From a virus: a DNA stretch of 46,955 bases. A program made the translations under genes and the position numbers. Shown here piece after piece: positions 35,070 to 42,983 of the stretch (position 1 is the first letter of the stretch; the number at the start of each line of letters is the position of its first letter). Below the pieces are notes generated by a model. That model made no database searches, was not told where the DNA came from, and worked only from the letters and a program-made list of their open reading frames with translations. The stretch lies in UHGV virus genome UHGV-2105699, one strand, 5' to 3'.

Positions 35070-35841
35070 AAATACTTACACAAAACATTTCGCGCTTTTT
35101 CGTTCCGCCAATGTAAGAATTAACTCGCGCTCCATTTAACCCAAGAAAATCATTCAATGCATTGGCAACTTCCCAGCATTCATCCTCAATGAACGCCTCG
35201 GTGTGAATAAATACCTGCCTGTACTTGCCGTAAGATATTGATGAATGCCCATCATCACCAAAATAAACAGCCCAACCAACTTCGTTTAACTCCCTGCATA
35301 TCTTTCCTATGTTGTACCCATTTGCTGAGTCGCCATATTTCTCAGCGTACCTGTCAAGTATCTTTGTGCATGATGTTCTAACCTGGAACCATTTGTCACC
35401 GAATCCATGATTATCCCTTTCGCTGTATGCTGCATTAAGTTTTTTGAATCTTGCGGCCTTGCACAGAGCGTGTTCTTTATTTCCCATATTCCACATCAGT
35501 CTGTGCGTTCCCCTTTTTGTGTTCTTAATCAGACACCCATCACCAGCAAGAGCGGCGAGTATGTTTTGATGCAAGAAGTAATCAATAACAAGGCCGCTAT
35601 CAACCGTTGAATTATGATGACCAGACCTAAAATCAACATAGTAACCGTAAGGATTTTCCAGCAATGCACTCAATCCTTTGCTCGCGTGCGGAAAAACCTT
35701 CTCGCCACAGCCACACTTGCACGAAGGAGCTTTGTCATAAATCTGTCCGACGAGCCATCTAACGACAGAGTCATCCCAGCCTTTAGTTTTCCCGCTTCTA
35801 CCCAGCAGCCGTTTGAATAAAGTTTGTGTGTACTCGTGCAT
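34972..35841 (-). CDS. LAGLIDADG-type homing endonuclease ORF lying between/overlapping the two intein halves, in the -1 frame relative to them
   Basis: Two LAGLIDADG-like motifs (NILAALAGDGCLIKN and GWAVYFGDDGHSSISY); ATG 35841 preceded by strong SD GGAGAGGAAATAAAATG; overlaps IntN ORF by 172 nt and IntC ORF by ~95 nt. Confidence 0.55.
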   Translation of the reverse strand: MHEYTQTLFKRLLGRSGKTKGWDDSVVRWLVGQIYDKAPSCKCGCGEKVFPHASKGLSALLENPYGYYVDFRSGHHNSTVDSGLVIDYFLHQNILAALAGDGCLIKNTKRGTHRLMWNMGNKEHALCKAARFKKLNAAYSERDNHGFGDKWFQVRTSCTKILDRYAEKYGDSANGYNIGKICRELNEVGWAVYFGDDGHSSISYGKYRQVFIHTEAFIEDECWEVANALNDFLGLNGARVNSYIGGTKKREMFCVSIFDEEAQDEFFKRIADHMEDGVEYKIKSNRVNK

Positions 35842-36518
35842 TTTATTTCCTCTCCGCCTTTTAATTTAACTGATGATACGCGTTTTATGCCATTAGTAAA
35901 TACTCTTTTAGGTTTGTGGTACACCCACTCACCAGCGACCTCATCCAAGCACTTGATTTCTTTGTTTATTAAGCTATCGTCATCAATTCTCACCCATCCA
36001 TCACTCGTCAATATCAGTGCATCACCAGTCAGGCACTCATCCATAAGAACAAAGCGAGGAGAAAAATCGGAAAGCGCACCTTTAGAAAGTAAATTACCTG
36101 ACTCGTCCTTCTTATCGAAAAGGCCATTTATTATTGTTCCCTCCGTACCAGCAATAAGCGGGTATGCCGTTGACTTTCTGCCAAGAGCAGCGCTAAAAAG
36201 TGAGTTTTTCACACTCAGATTCCACAGTTCCTCCGCATCCTGCTCAATAATTTCTGGCTGTCTTGCAATAACAAGCCCTTCCCACCCCATATCCTGAAAG
36301 CGCCGCGCAATCATGGCAATCATGATCGTCTTACCAGCACCTACCGATGCGGTAACGAAACTTGGCTTAGGGTCTTTGCCAAACTTGCGGATAACTTCAG
36401 CCGTCTTTTCATAAACCAGCCATTGATAAGGTCGTGGCTCAATCTCACCCGTATTAACAACTGACCGCAATTTGTCTATATCCAGCTCCGCAATCATTGC
36501 GTCTATTTTATGCGTCAT
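35670..36518 (-). CDS. helicase N-terminal fragment (Walker A ASVGAGKT; motif II LMDE) fused to intein N-half
   Basis: 161 extein residues ending VLMDE, then intein block A; ORF terminates 121 aa later. Joining exteins reconstitutes DECH-box motif II (VLMDE + CHQ). Confidence 0.6.
   Translation of the reverse strand: MTHKIDAMIAELDIDKLRSVVNTGEIEPRPYQWLVYEKTAEVIRKFGKDPKPSFVTASVGAGKTIMIAMIARRFQDMGWEGLVIARQPEIIEQDAEELWNLSVKNSLFSAALGRKSTAYPLIAGTEGTIINGLFDKKDESGNLLSKGALSDFSPRFVLMDECLTGDALILTSDGWVRIDDDSLINKEIKCLDEVAGEWVYHKPKRVFTNGIKRVSSVKLKGGEEIKCTSTHKLYSNGCWVEAGKLKAGMTLSLDGSSDRFMTKLLRASVAVARRFFRTRAKD
35673..36035 (-). other. intein N-terminal half (about 121 aa) beginning CLTGDALILTSDGWVRI (block A) with block B IKCTSTHKLY
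   Basis: Cys1 codon at 36035-36033 directly after extein residues FVLMDE; TxxH block B; ends at its own stop codon (35672-35670). Confidence 0.6.
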
Positions 36519-36536
36519 AGCAACTAACCTTTGTTG

Positions 36537-36585
36537 ATGTTTCTACGTCAGTTAGCTTATACTCAATCTACACCAACAATCAAGG
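36537..36585. promoter_or_regulatory. divergent promoter region between helicase (leftward) and primase (rightward): TTTCTACGTCA (36541-36550) and TCAATCTACACCAACAATCAAGGG (36563-36585)
   Basis: Same two-copy arrangement as 15010-15056; leftward reading gives TTGATT-N16-TATAAG followed by TGACGTAGAAACA leader. Confidence 0.4.
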
Positions 36586-36592
36586 GTCAATT

Positions 36593-37487
36593 TATGAGAT
36601 ACGACTGGAAGGAAATCGAGCCAAAAATGATCGGCAACTGGCAGGCTGCCATCATGTCTATCGTCAATGTGGATAGCAGAGTTTTCAATGGCAAGCACCA
36701 ACCATGCCCATCATGCTCAGGAAAAGACAGATATCGCTTTGATGACAACTTCGAAACAAAAGGCGATGGCGGTGCGATATGCAATCAGTGCGGTTCCGGC
36801 AGCGGCATGAACTGGCTGATGAAACTTTCTGGCATGAACTTCCCCGAAGCGCTGGAGGCGCTGGGAGGATTTCTGAATATGCACCCACGCGAAAAACTTG
36901 AGGCGATTAGAAAGCAACTTCCAAAGGTCAACCATGCTTCTGACTACCTGACAGAGGCAGAAGTGGCGACCATCATGGAAAAAGCAGGAGGCGACACCAT
37001 AACCGGCAAAACTGGTGAACTGGTGGCGATACCGCTCTATATGGCTGGAACCATGACGCCATGCAATGTAGCTTTTCTGGCAGACGATGAAAGCGTGTCA
37101 TTTCGCGCGGGTTTTAGCCATGAGTACACTCGTGGAAGACTTACGCGCGGCGCGGTGACACCCATCGGCGATAAGACAGAATGGACATACCTTGTTGCGG
37201 ATTACTTCGATGCCTGGCGAGCACACCGACTTACCGGTGCTCATGTGTGGTGCTGCTGGTCGTCGGAAAATATGTGGGAAGTTGTGCGTGATGTGAGCGA
37301 TGAGCAGCGAGCCAAACTACGCTGTATCATTAATAATAATTTCGATGAGGTATGCGCAGCCGAGAATGCAGGTCTTCAGATACTAATTACTGATGACGGG
37401 CGGGATATTCGTTACAGTGGCGCCATCAGAAAAAGGTTGTATAAACCAGAAGAGCTATTTGAAGCACTAAAAAACAAACCCTCCTGA
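36593..37487 (+). CDS. putative DNA primase (zinc-ribbon plus TOPRIM-like region)
   Basis: Start at MRYDWKE (36593). CPSCSGKDRYRFDD...GGAICNQCGSGSGMNWL zinc-binding element typical of phage/plasmid primases; ILITDDGRD acidic cluster. Confidence 0.5.
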
Positions 37488-37502
37488 TGGAGGGTTTTTT
37501 GT
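37478..37502. terminator. terminator between convergent primase and ASCH genes
   Basis: CCCTCC-tgat-GGAGGG hairpin followed by TTTTTTG. Confidence 0.7.
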
Positions 37503-37735
37503 TATTCTATGCTAATTAAAACGTAACCAGGAAGATATGAGCTCACATCAGCTATATGCACAATTAATTTATCAACCCTCTCCCCTGTGTAATCACCATC
37601 CCATTCATAAAGAGCAAGAATGTCTCCAACCTTAAAATTACGGTCGTTATTCCTTAGTTCAGCCCTCTTTAAACCATCGACAACAGGCCAAAAGTGTTGA
37701 GGTAATATTTTAAGTTCATGTACTTTGCTCATCAT
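37502..37735 (-). CDS. ASCH-like (DUF3850-type) PUA-fold protein
   Basis: MMSKVHELKILPQHFWPVVDGLKRAELRNNDRNFKVGDILALYEW matches the DUF3850/ASCH N-terminal pattern (HELKIwP..F..v..G.K..E.R.NDR.F.vGD.L.L.EW). Confidence 0.55.
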   Translation of the reverse strand: MMSKVHELKILPQHFWPVVDGLKRAELRNNDRNFKVGDILALYEWDGDYTGERVDKLIVHIADVSSYLPGYVLISIE

Positions 37736-39285
37736 TTTAGTCTCGGATTCAGGTAAACAGTGTTATTAAGGAATACGCAATATCCATCTTCTTCAAGAGA
37801 CGGCAAAACATTTGACTTTAGTCTGTCATAAATATGCGGTATACCTTTGAATGGTCTAACGTTTTTTAGCGAATCATACAGCCATTTTACCGTGACATTT
37901 GTCTTTCCTTTTTGCGCAGCTGTGCGCAATTTTTCAGCAACTACATCAATTTCTGATTTCTCGCCAGCGTATCCATTTGACTCAACGGCATCGGTAAATG
38001 TTTTTGTTAGTGCATCATAAACGCTTATGGCGCGGCTTATATGCTCCTCACCAATAATTTTTGAGCGACGACCGCCATCGCACCAGTTTTCAGCGGCATG
38101 GAATATTGCTGAAAGCCTGATTATCTGTTTGTCAGCCTTACCCATGGCGCCACGAAGCAAAACGTGATCCCATTTACCACCTGGCAGGAAATTCTTTTCC
38201 CACTGGTTTCGTAAAAGCCCAATCATGCGCTGCGATTCTTTAGCTAGGGAGAAAACAACCTTCTCAGAAGCCACAAGGTTATGCACAAACCTGGCATATT
38301 CTGCCTTTAGTTCTTTAGGCATTGGCTTACTTACCGGGCAATCATTTTCTACATCCCAATGCTCACGATAACCCAACATTGACTGCTCACGAAGCATCAG
38401 GAATCGCTCTGACAATCCATTACCCCTGTCTCCAGCGGAAAGAATGGCATCAATACTTTCATCCTGCGCAATGACGCTGATGTTACCAAGCACATAGCCA
38501 GATGAAACACCGCGACCAACGCGAGCTGATCCAACAAACCCGCCATCCCAGCCTTTCAGGATTACCTCTGCGTTAGACTTGCCACCATCTTTGCCATATG
38601 AAAGGCCAAGACAGGTATTTAAAACGCTTGCCTCATCACTTATCAGGTTGAAAAAACCACCCTCATGAATTGCCTGGTGCTGCACCGCTTCTGGTGTTGC
38701 GTCGGTTAACGGGTAGGTGATGGTGTAAAGACTTTCCAGTTTCTCCTTCTCTTTCGCAATGTCATCTCCAATGATGGCTTTCGCGTTCTGATTCGTCGCC
38801 TCCTTGTAAGCCTTCATCAGGTCTTCAATGCGAATGTTTATCTTTGCAATTTCTTTCTCCATCTTTTTTGACAGGTTGTCATACTCAATTTTTATCGGGT
38901 TCATGTGCATTGAGTTGATGGCTGTCTTGCCAGCTGATGGTGGCTGCGACGTCACCACATACAAGGAAACAGGCAATTCAGAACCGTAGTATTCAACGCT
39001 AAAATTTCGCGTCATGGCACTGGCTACGCAGCCAAGCAGGTGCATGAATGACGTGCTAACGGGGAATTGAACAGCCCTAGCCGCTGCAACTGAATATCGC
39101 GTTATCAGGTCTTTCCTGTTGTCGCTGGTAAGCTCTATCTCCGAGTATGTTACATCCCTCTCCTGCCCTTCCTTGATTTCCGGCCACATGTTATGGCTTG
39201 GTGTCATGCCATGGTGAATGGCGACGCGCGCCGCAGAGGTGTGCGCCTCTCTTGCCTGATTGAAGATTTCCTGTGCCGCAATCAT
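37732..39285 (-). CDS. P-loop ATPase, DUF3987-like replication protein (primase/helicase-associated)
   Basis: 517 aa; deviant Walker A SQPPSAGKT; size and context next to primase and putative origin. Family assignment is from memory of DUF3987 features and not verified. Confidence 0.4.
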   Translation of the reverse strand: MIAAQEIFNQAREAHTSAARVAIHHGMTPSHNMWPEIKEGQERDVTYSEIELTSDNRKDLITRYSVAAARAVQFPVSTSFMHLLGCVASAMTRNFSVEYYGSELPVSLYVVTSQPPSAGKTAINSMHMNPIKIEYDNLSKKMEKEIAKINIRIEDLMKAYKEATNQNAKAIIGDDIAKEKEKLESLYTITYPLTDATPEAVQHQAIHEGGFFNLISDEASVLNTCLGLSYGKDGGKSNAEVILKGWDGGFVGSARVGRGVSSGYVLGNISVIAQDESIDAILSAGDRGNGLSERFLMLREQSMLGYREHWDVENDCPVSKPMPKELKAEYARFVHNLVASEKVVFSLAKESQRMIGLLRNQWEKNFLPGGKWDHVLLRGAMGKADKQIIRLSAIFHAAENWCDGGRRSKIIGEEHISRAISVYDALTKTFTDAVESNGYAGEKSEIDVVAEKLRTAAQKGKTNVTVKWLYDSLKNVRPFKGIPHIYDRLKSNVLPSLEEDGYCVFLNNTVYLNPRLK

Positions 39286-39543
39286 CTAAACCTCGTACTC
39301 AGTGGCAAATGATTCATGTGGGTTTTCAGATAGCCATTGCTTAGCTTTAAGTACGGCTGCGTTTGCCTCCTCTGCCGTTTCAAACCTGCCAAGCTCATAC
39401 CTGAGTCGGTTAACAACAATCCTAGCCCTGAAATATCCAGAGTGCTTATGGAAGTCAACCCCTCTAAACCCGGTAGATGATGGCCTTCCGCCACCGGATG
39501 ATGAAAGTCTTTTTTTCTTAAGTAGCTTTCCATGTGCAGACAT
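39286..39543 (-). CDS. free-standing AP2-domain DNA-binding protein (HNH-less)
   Basis: TGFRGVDFHKHSGYFRARIVVNRLRYELGRFETAEEANAAVLKA is an AP2-type fold like the C-termini of the HNH-AP2 endonucleases; stop/start coupled to the DUF3987 gene. Confidence 0.55.
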   Translation of the reverse strand: MSAHGKLLKKKRLSSSGGGRPSSTGFRGVDFHKHSGYFRARIVVNRLRYELGRFETAEEANAAVLKAKQWLSENPHESFATEYEV

Positions 39544-39559
39544 AATTTACCCTCGCTCA

Positions 39560-39950
39560 CGACTTTTAACCATGATACCCCATAAATTACCCTCCGTAAA
39601 GCGGCCACAAACAAACTTTGGTTAGGGTTAACTGGGTTAACTGTGGGGAAGGCCATCTTCCCCAGGATTTTTTACTGTAAGTGTATGTATTATAATAATA
39701 ATAGTAGTAGTTGGGTTAATTGGGTATATTATTATTCATATTATAGATTTTATTTTAACAATAAATTAACAAATGAATTATATGGGTTATATATAAGGGG
39801 ATATGGGTGAAAACATACCCTGCTGCCCCTAAATTGTTAAATTACAATATTAACATTAACTTACAGAGAAAAATCTGGGGCAATTAACCTGCCCCAGCAC
39901 CTTACCCACAGTGGTAAAACTTACCCCAGGCGGATTTATTTTCACCATCA
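39560..39950. repeat. AT-rich noncoding region with GGGTTAA-type iterons, a GGGGAAG/CTTCCCC hairpin and AT tracts - putative replication origin
   Basis: ttaGGGTTAActGGGTTAActg (about 39620-39643), GGGGAAGgccatCTTCCCC (about 39643-39662), gtatgtattataataataatagtagtag, ttGGGTTAAttGGGTAT, atGGGTTATatataaGGGGATatGGGTG, and CTTACCCACAG / CTTACCCCAGG direct repeats; no ORF >60 aa. Confidence 0.4.
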
Positions 39951-39952
39951 TA

Positions 39953-39981
39953 TTGACGTAGATTGGGCGCCATCGTATAGT
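39953..39981 (+). promoter_or_regulatory. sigma70-type rightward promoter TTGACG-N17-TATAGT with conserved TAGATTGGG spacer start
   Basis: TTGACG 39953-39958, spacer 39959-39975 (tagattgggcgccatcg), TATAGT 39976-39981; mirror image of the promoter at 15024-15052. Confidence 0.6.
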
Positions 39982-40011
39982 TACCACACCAACAACAAAG
40001 AGGTGATGAAA

Positions 40012-40197
40012 ATGACCAAAGCAATCTACACGCGCACTCAACTGGAGCCAGAAATGGGCGCAGTGAAAGCGCAAAACTTTATGATGGCGCAGGCAATGCA
40101 TGCATACAGCAACGGCAAGCGCGTCTGTCGCGTTTTTAGTGGCGAAGGCAAGCACAGAGTGCTTGAGCAGGTTATCGTGTCATCTGGTGGAAACTAA
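40012..40197 (+). CDS. hypothetical protein (61 aa from ATG 40012)
   Basis: SD AAGAGGTGA 5 nt upstream; first gene after the promoter. Confidence 0.4.
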   Translation: MTKAIYTRTQLEPEMGAVKAQNFMMAQAMHAYSNGKRVCRVFSGEGKHRVLEQVIVSSGGN

Positions 40198-40212
40198 ACC
40201 GGTTTAGCAACG

Positions 40213-40491
40213 ATGAATAAATTACTGGCAGTGGCTTTACTGGTTATCGCTAACGCGGCAAGCGCTGAAACGATATGGGTCACGAAGTACGCGCTGACCC
40301 GTGGCATTCAGAAGTACGAAAGCGCACAGCTATTCGCAGATGGTCAGGTGGCTGTGGTTGGCGATGTTTACTTTAAACGTGGTGAATACTGGCTTGATGA
40401 GCAACAGGCAAAAGAGCATGCAGAGACTTTGCGGCAACGCCGTGTATCTGCGCTGATGCGTGAGCTTGAGCGTTTACAGGCGGTTAAGTGA
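40213..40491 (+). CDS. small secreted protein with signal peptide (MNKLLAVALLVIANAASA|ET)
   Basis: Canonical Sec signal peptide with AxA site. Confidence 0.45.
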   Translation: MNKLLAVALLVIANAASAETIWVTKYALTRGIQKYESAQLFADGQVAVVGDVYFKRGEYWLDEQQAKEHAETLRQRRVSALMRELERLQAVK

Positions 40492-40497
40492 GGATTT

Positions 40498-40947
40498 ATG
40501 GATATCGAAATTAAAGAAGTTCAGGAAATTATTAAAAACCTTGAGAGTAGTGGCGAGCTATCAATCAAAGAGGAAAAATACCTCAAGGTGGCAAAGCTGT
40601 GCATGCAGGTGGTTGCGGAAAATGTGGGGCTAAAGGGGGCAATCCCTCAACTAAAAAATATTGATTATCAAAATGAAAGCATGGATGACGTGACATTGGC
40701 AGAAGAGATTGGGTTCAATGCAGCTGTGATGGCCATGTATCGCTGGGTTCCTAAAACCCCCGCCACCGATCGCATCGTAGCCGGGATTAAGGCTGATGGA
40801 GTGGATGAGTTTTCGAAAACTCTAGAGGGGGCCGCTGACATTTGTGGTAAGTCAAAAGCATGGGAGGCGCAAGAAAATTTACTTGATTTTGCTGAGCGTG
40901 GATTCGACTTCGCCAAGCAGCTGCGCGAGGGGGCTAATCATGACTGA
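40498..40947 (+). CDS. hypothetical protein (149 aa)
   Basis: ORF with overlapping downstream start. Confidence 0.45.
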   Translation: MDIEIKEVQEIIKNLESSGELSIKEEKYLKVAKLCMQVVAENVGLKGAIPQLKNIDYQNESMDDVTLAEEIGFNAAVMAMYRWVPKTPATDRIVAGIKADGVDEFSKTLEGAADICGKSKAWEAQENLLDFAERGFDFAKQLREGANHD

Positions 40948-41359
40948 TATCACCGAACTGGCGCAGAGCATGAAAGCGGCGGCAGAGAATGCCGGAATAG
41001 AGCAATGGGTTAACAATCGCGGAGAGGTAAACACAGCCGATTATGGGGTGGATGGTGGCATGTATATCGACCACATTTGCGACTGTGAAATCGTCGGAAC
41101 AGAAAGCCCGTGTGCAGAGTTCATTGCCCTGGCTAACCCTGCCAACGTTCTTGCGCTGGTAGAGTCGCTGGAGAAGGCGCAGCGGAGCATCGCCGAGCTG
41201 GAGTCACGCTTAAACTCTGCTGACAAATTGCAGGACAGTGCATTCCGTAGTGGATTGCAACACGGCTTTAGTCTCGGACAGACAGATGACCAAGAAGGTT
41301 ATGAGCAGAGCATGGCCGCTTATAGCTCCAACGCTGGCATCAAGGTGGAGGCTGAGTAG
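40940..41359 (+). CDS. Ead/Ea22-like protein
   Basis: Start at MTDITELAQSMKAAAENAG (ATGA overlap); CAEFIALANPANVLALVESLEKAQRSIAELE matches the Ead/Ea22 hallmark (..FIaaanPa.vLaL...LE). Confidence 0.5.
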   Translation: MTDITELAQSMKAAAENAGIEQWVNNRGEVNTADYGVDGGMYIDHICDCEIVGTESPCAEFIALANPANVLALVESLEKAQRSIAELESRLNSADKLQDSAFRSGLQHGFSLGQTDDQEGYEQSMAAYSSNAGIKVEAE

Positions 41360-41692
41360 ATGAAACCTGCAAATTTTGCCCCTGTGTACTGCGCACTTTA
41401 TCCGGCACTGGCAGAGATAGCCCGCAAGCACGGTTACGCAATGGCTATTCACGGAACGATGGCGCGTGACTTTGACCTTATTTGTATCCCGTGGGTCGAG
41501 ACTCCATCAAAACCTGAAGAAGTCGTGGCAGAAATCACCGCAACATATGCGACTACAGATATCACTAACCCTGGCTACAAGCCTCACGGTCGCCTGGCCT
41601 ATTCCGTCTTCTTTGGGTTCGGTGAGTTCTTTGCTGACATGTCGTTTATGCCTGTTATCGAAGGAGCCAACCAATGGCCAAATCAACCATAA
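41360..41692 (+). CDS. hypothetical protein (110 aa)
   Basis: ORF directly abutting upstream stop. Confidence 0.4.
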   Translation: MKPANFAPVYCALYPALAEIARKHGYAMAIHGTMARDFDLICIPWVETPSKPEEVVAEITATYATTDITNPGYKPHGRLAYSVFFGFGEFFADMSFMPVIEGANQWPNQP

Positions 41693-42255
41693 CCAGAGCG
41701 CGCATGCAGGAAATGCTAGAGTGGTGTGAGGTCTTCCGCCGCCACCCTCGCCTAGATGACATTGCCGAGGCTATACGCATGGCGCTGGCCGCAATGGACA
41801 GCAGCAAGTCGGTTGAACTGCCGCTTGACTACCTGCAGGGACACAAAGACGGTCTGGAATGGGCCGCCCAACTGGCAGAAGCCAATCAACCTGAAACAGG
41901 AGACTGGCTGTACGATAACCCTATCGAGCTGGCAAAAGCAATTCGCAAAGGTCCAGATATGCCGCCAGCTTCGCTGGCGGCGGACAGCGAGCCGGTGGCT
42001 TGGGTTGTGCAGAATAAAAATATTGGAGATGTTGAGATAGATGAACCTTTTGCAAAGGCAACAAATCCAAAATATTGGACTGACTCATTCCCTGTGTATC
42101 GCCACGCGCAGCAGCAGGTAGTGCCTGATGAGCTTAAAGAGGCTGCGGCTTACTTTCTCACAGTTCTTGACGAGTACCCGAAACAGTTGGTTCCGATAAA
42201 TAGAGATTCAGCCGTAGTTCGCGCCCTACGCGCCGCCATGAAGGAGGTGAAGTGA
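41674..42255 (+). CDS. hypothetical protein (193 aa)
   Basis: ORF; no motif. Confidence 0.45.
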   Translation: MAKSTITRARMQEMLEWCEVFRRHPRLDDIAEAIRMALAAMDSSKSVELPLDYLQGHKDGLEWAAQLAEANQPETGDWLYDNPIELAKAIRKGPDMPPASLAADSEPVAWVVQNKNIGDVEIDEPFAKATNPKYWTDSFPVYRHAQQQVVPDELKEAAAYFLTVLDEYPKQLVPINRDSAVVRALRAAMKEVK

Positions 42256-42548
42256 TGGAATGGTATTTCTCCACCGGACTTTTTTTGTGGATTTTTGCTC
42301 AAATAACAAGAGCAGATGAAACAACTGGCATTAAGAATAACATTCTGTGCTTGCTGCTCTTCATTGTGCTGTGGCCAAAGATCATTATGACCATTGCTTA
42401 CAAATTTATCGAGCAAAAGTGGTTGATGTCTAAGTCATCAGCAGAGGTAAAAACCATGAAACCCTACATCATCCGCAGGATTATTGCTGTAGCCTGCGTT
42501 GCATTCTGGATTGCTGTTGCGTTATCCGCCTGGTTTATCATGAGGTGA
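42252..42548 (+). CDS. membrane protein (3 predicted TM helices)
   Basis: Hydrophobic segments FSTGLFLWIFAQI, ILCLLLFIVLWPKIIMTIAY, IIAVACVAFWIAVALSAWFIM; ATGA overlap with upstream gene. Confidence 0.45.
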   Translation: MMEWYFSTGLFLWIFAQITRADETTGIKNNILCLLLFIVLWPKIIMTIAYKFIEQKWLMSKSSAEVKTMKPYIIRRIIAVACVAFWIAVALSAWFIMR

Positions 42549-42550
42549 TT

Positions 42551-42709
42551 TATGTTGTGGAGCAATATTCAGGCTGCATGCGAAGAGGCTGATTTTCTGT
42601 ATGAGGAGACTGGTAAGCATCATGCCGTCATTCAGGTTGGCAGCATGATGATGGTGGTTGAGCATAACAGCATGCTTCGGCATATGTACTCAACGACGAG
42701 GTATCAATA
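42551..42709 (+). CDS. possible small ORF (52 aa, MLWSNIQAACEEADFLYEETGKHHAV...)
   Basis: SD GAGGTGA 5 nt upstream; stop overlaps next start; below ORF-track cutoff. Confidence 0.25.
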
Positions 42710-42904
42710 ATGCCGCAAAAATCAAAGCAGGAGGTTTGGCAGAAGGCTCGGCTCGAAGAGGTTGACCACTTCATATCAGCAATCGCAAAAGCCTTTCCTG
42801 ATGCGATTGAGGTAGTTCACGTTCAAAGCAATAACTGTAATGTTTGGTGTTATGCGAAAACTGATGTACAATCATCTCATCAATCATCACCCACCACACT
42901 TTAA
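42710..42904 (+). CDS. hypothetical protein (64 aa)
   Basis: Followed by terminator. Confidence 0.35.
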   Translation: MPQKSKQEVWQKARLEEVDHFISAIAKAFPDAIEVVHVQSNNCNVWCYAKTDVQSSHQSSPTTL

Positions 42905-42928
42905 CCCGCTTCGGCGGGTTCTTTTTTT
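42903..42928 (+). terminator. rho-independent terminator
   Basis: ACCCGC-ttcg-GCGGGT hairpin followed by TCTTTTTTT. Confidence 0.75.
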
Positions 42929-42983
42929 ATCTACGCCATGTGTTAATATATCTGTATTCGGTTTACGAAAAGACGGAAACGAC

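Noticed and set aside
39620-39645. Telomere-like TTAGGGTTA repeats
   Set aside because: Only two short tandem units embedded in a prokaryotic iteron-like context; interpreted as origin iterons, not telomeric sequence.
42840-42983. Upstream extension of small-terminase ORF to ATG 42840
   Set aside because: Extension spans the stop of the previous gene and a rho-independent terminator (42903-42928); internal ATG 42984 has an SD and is the sensible start.
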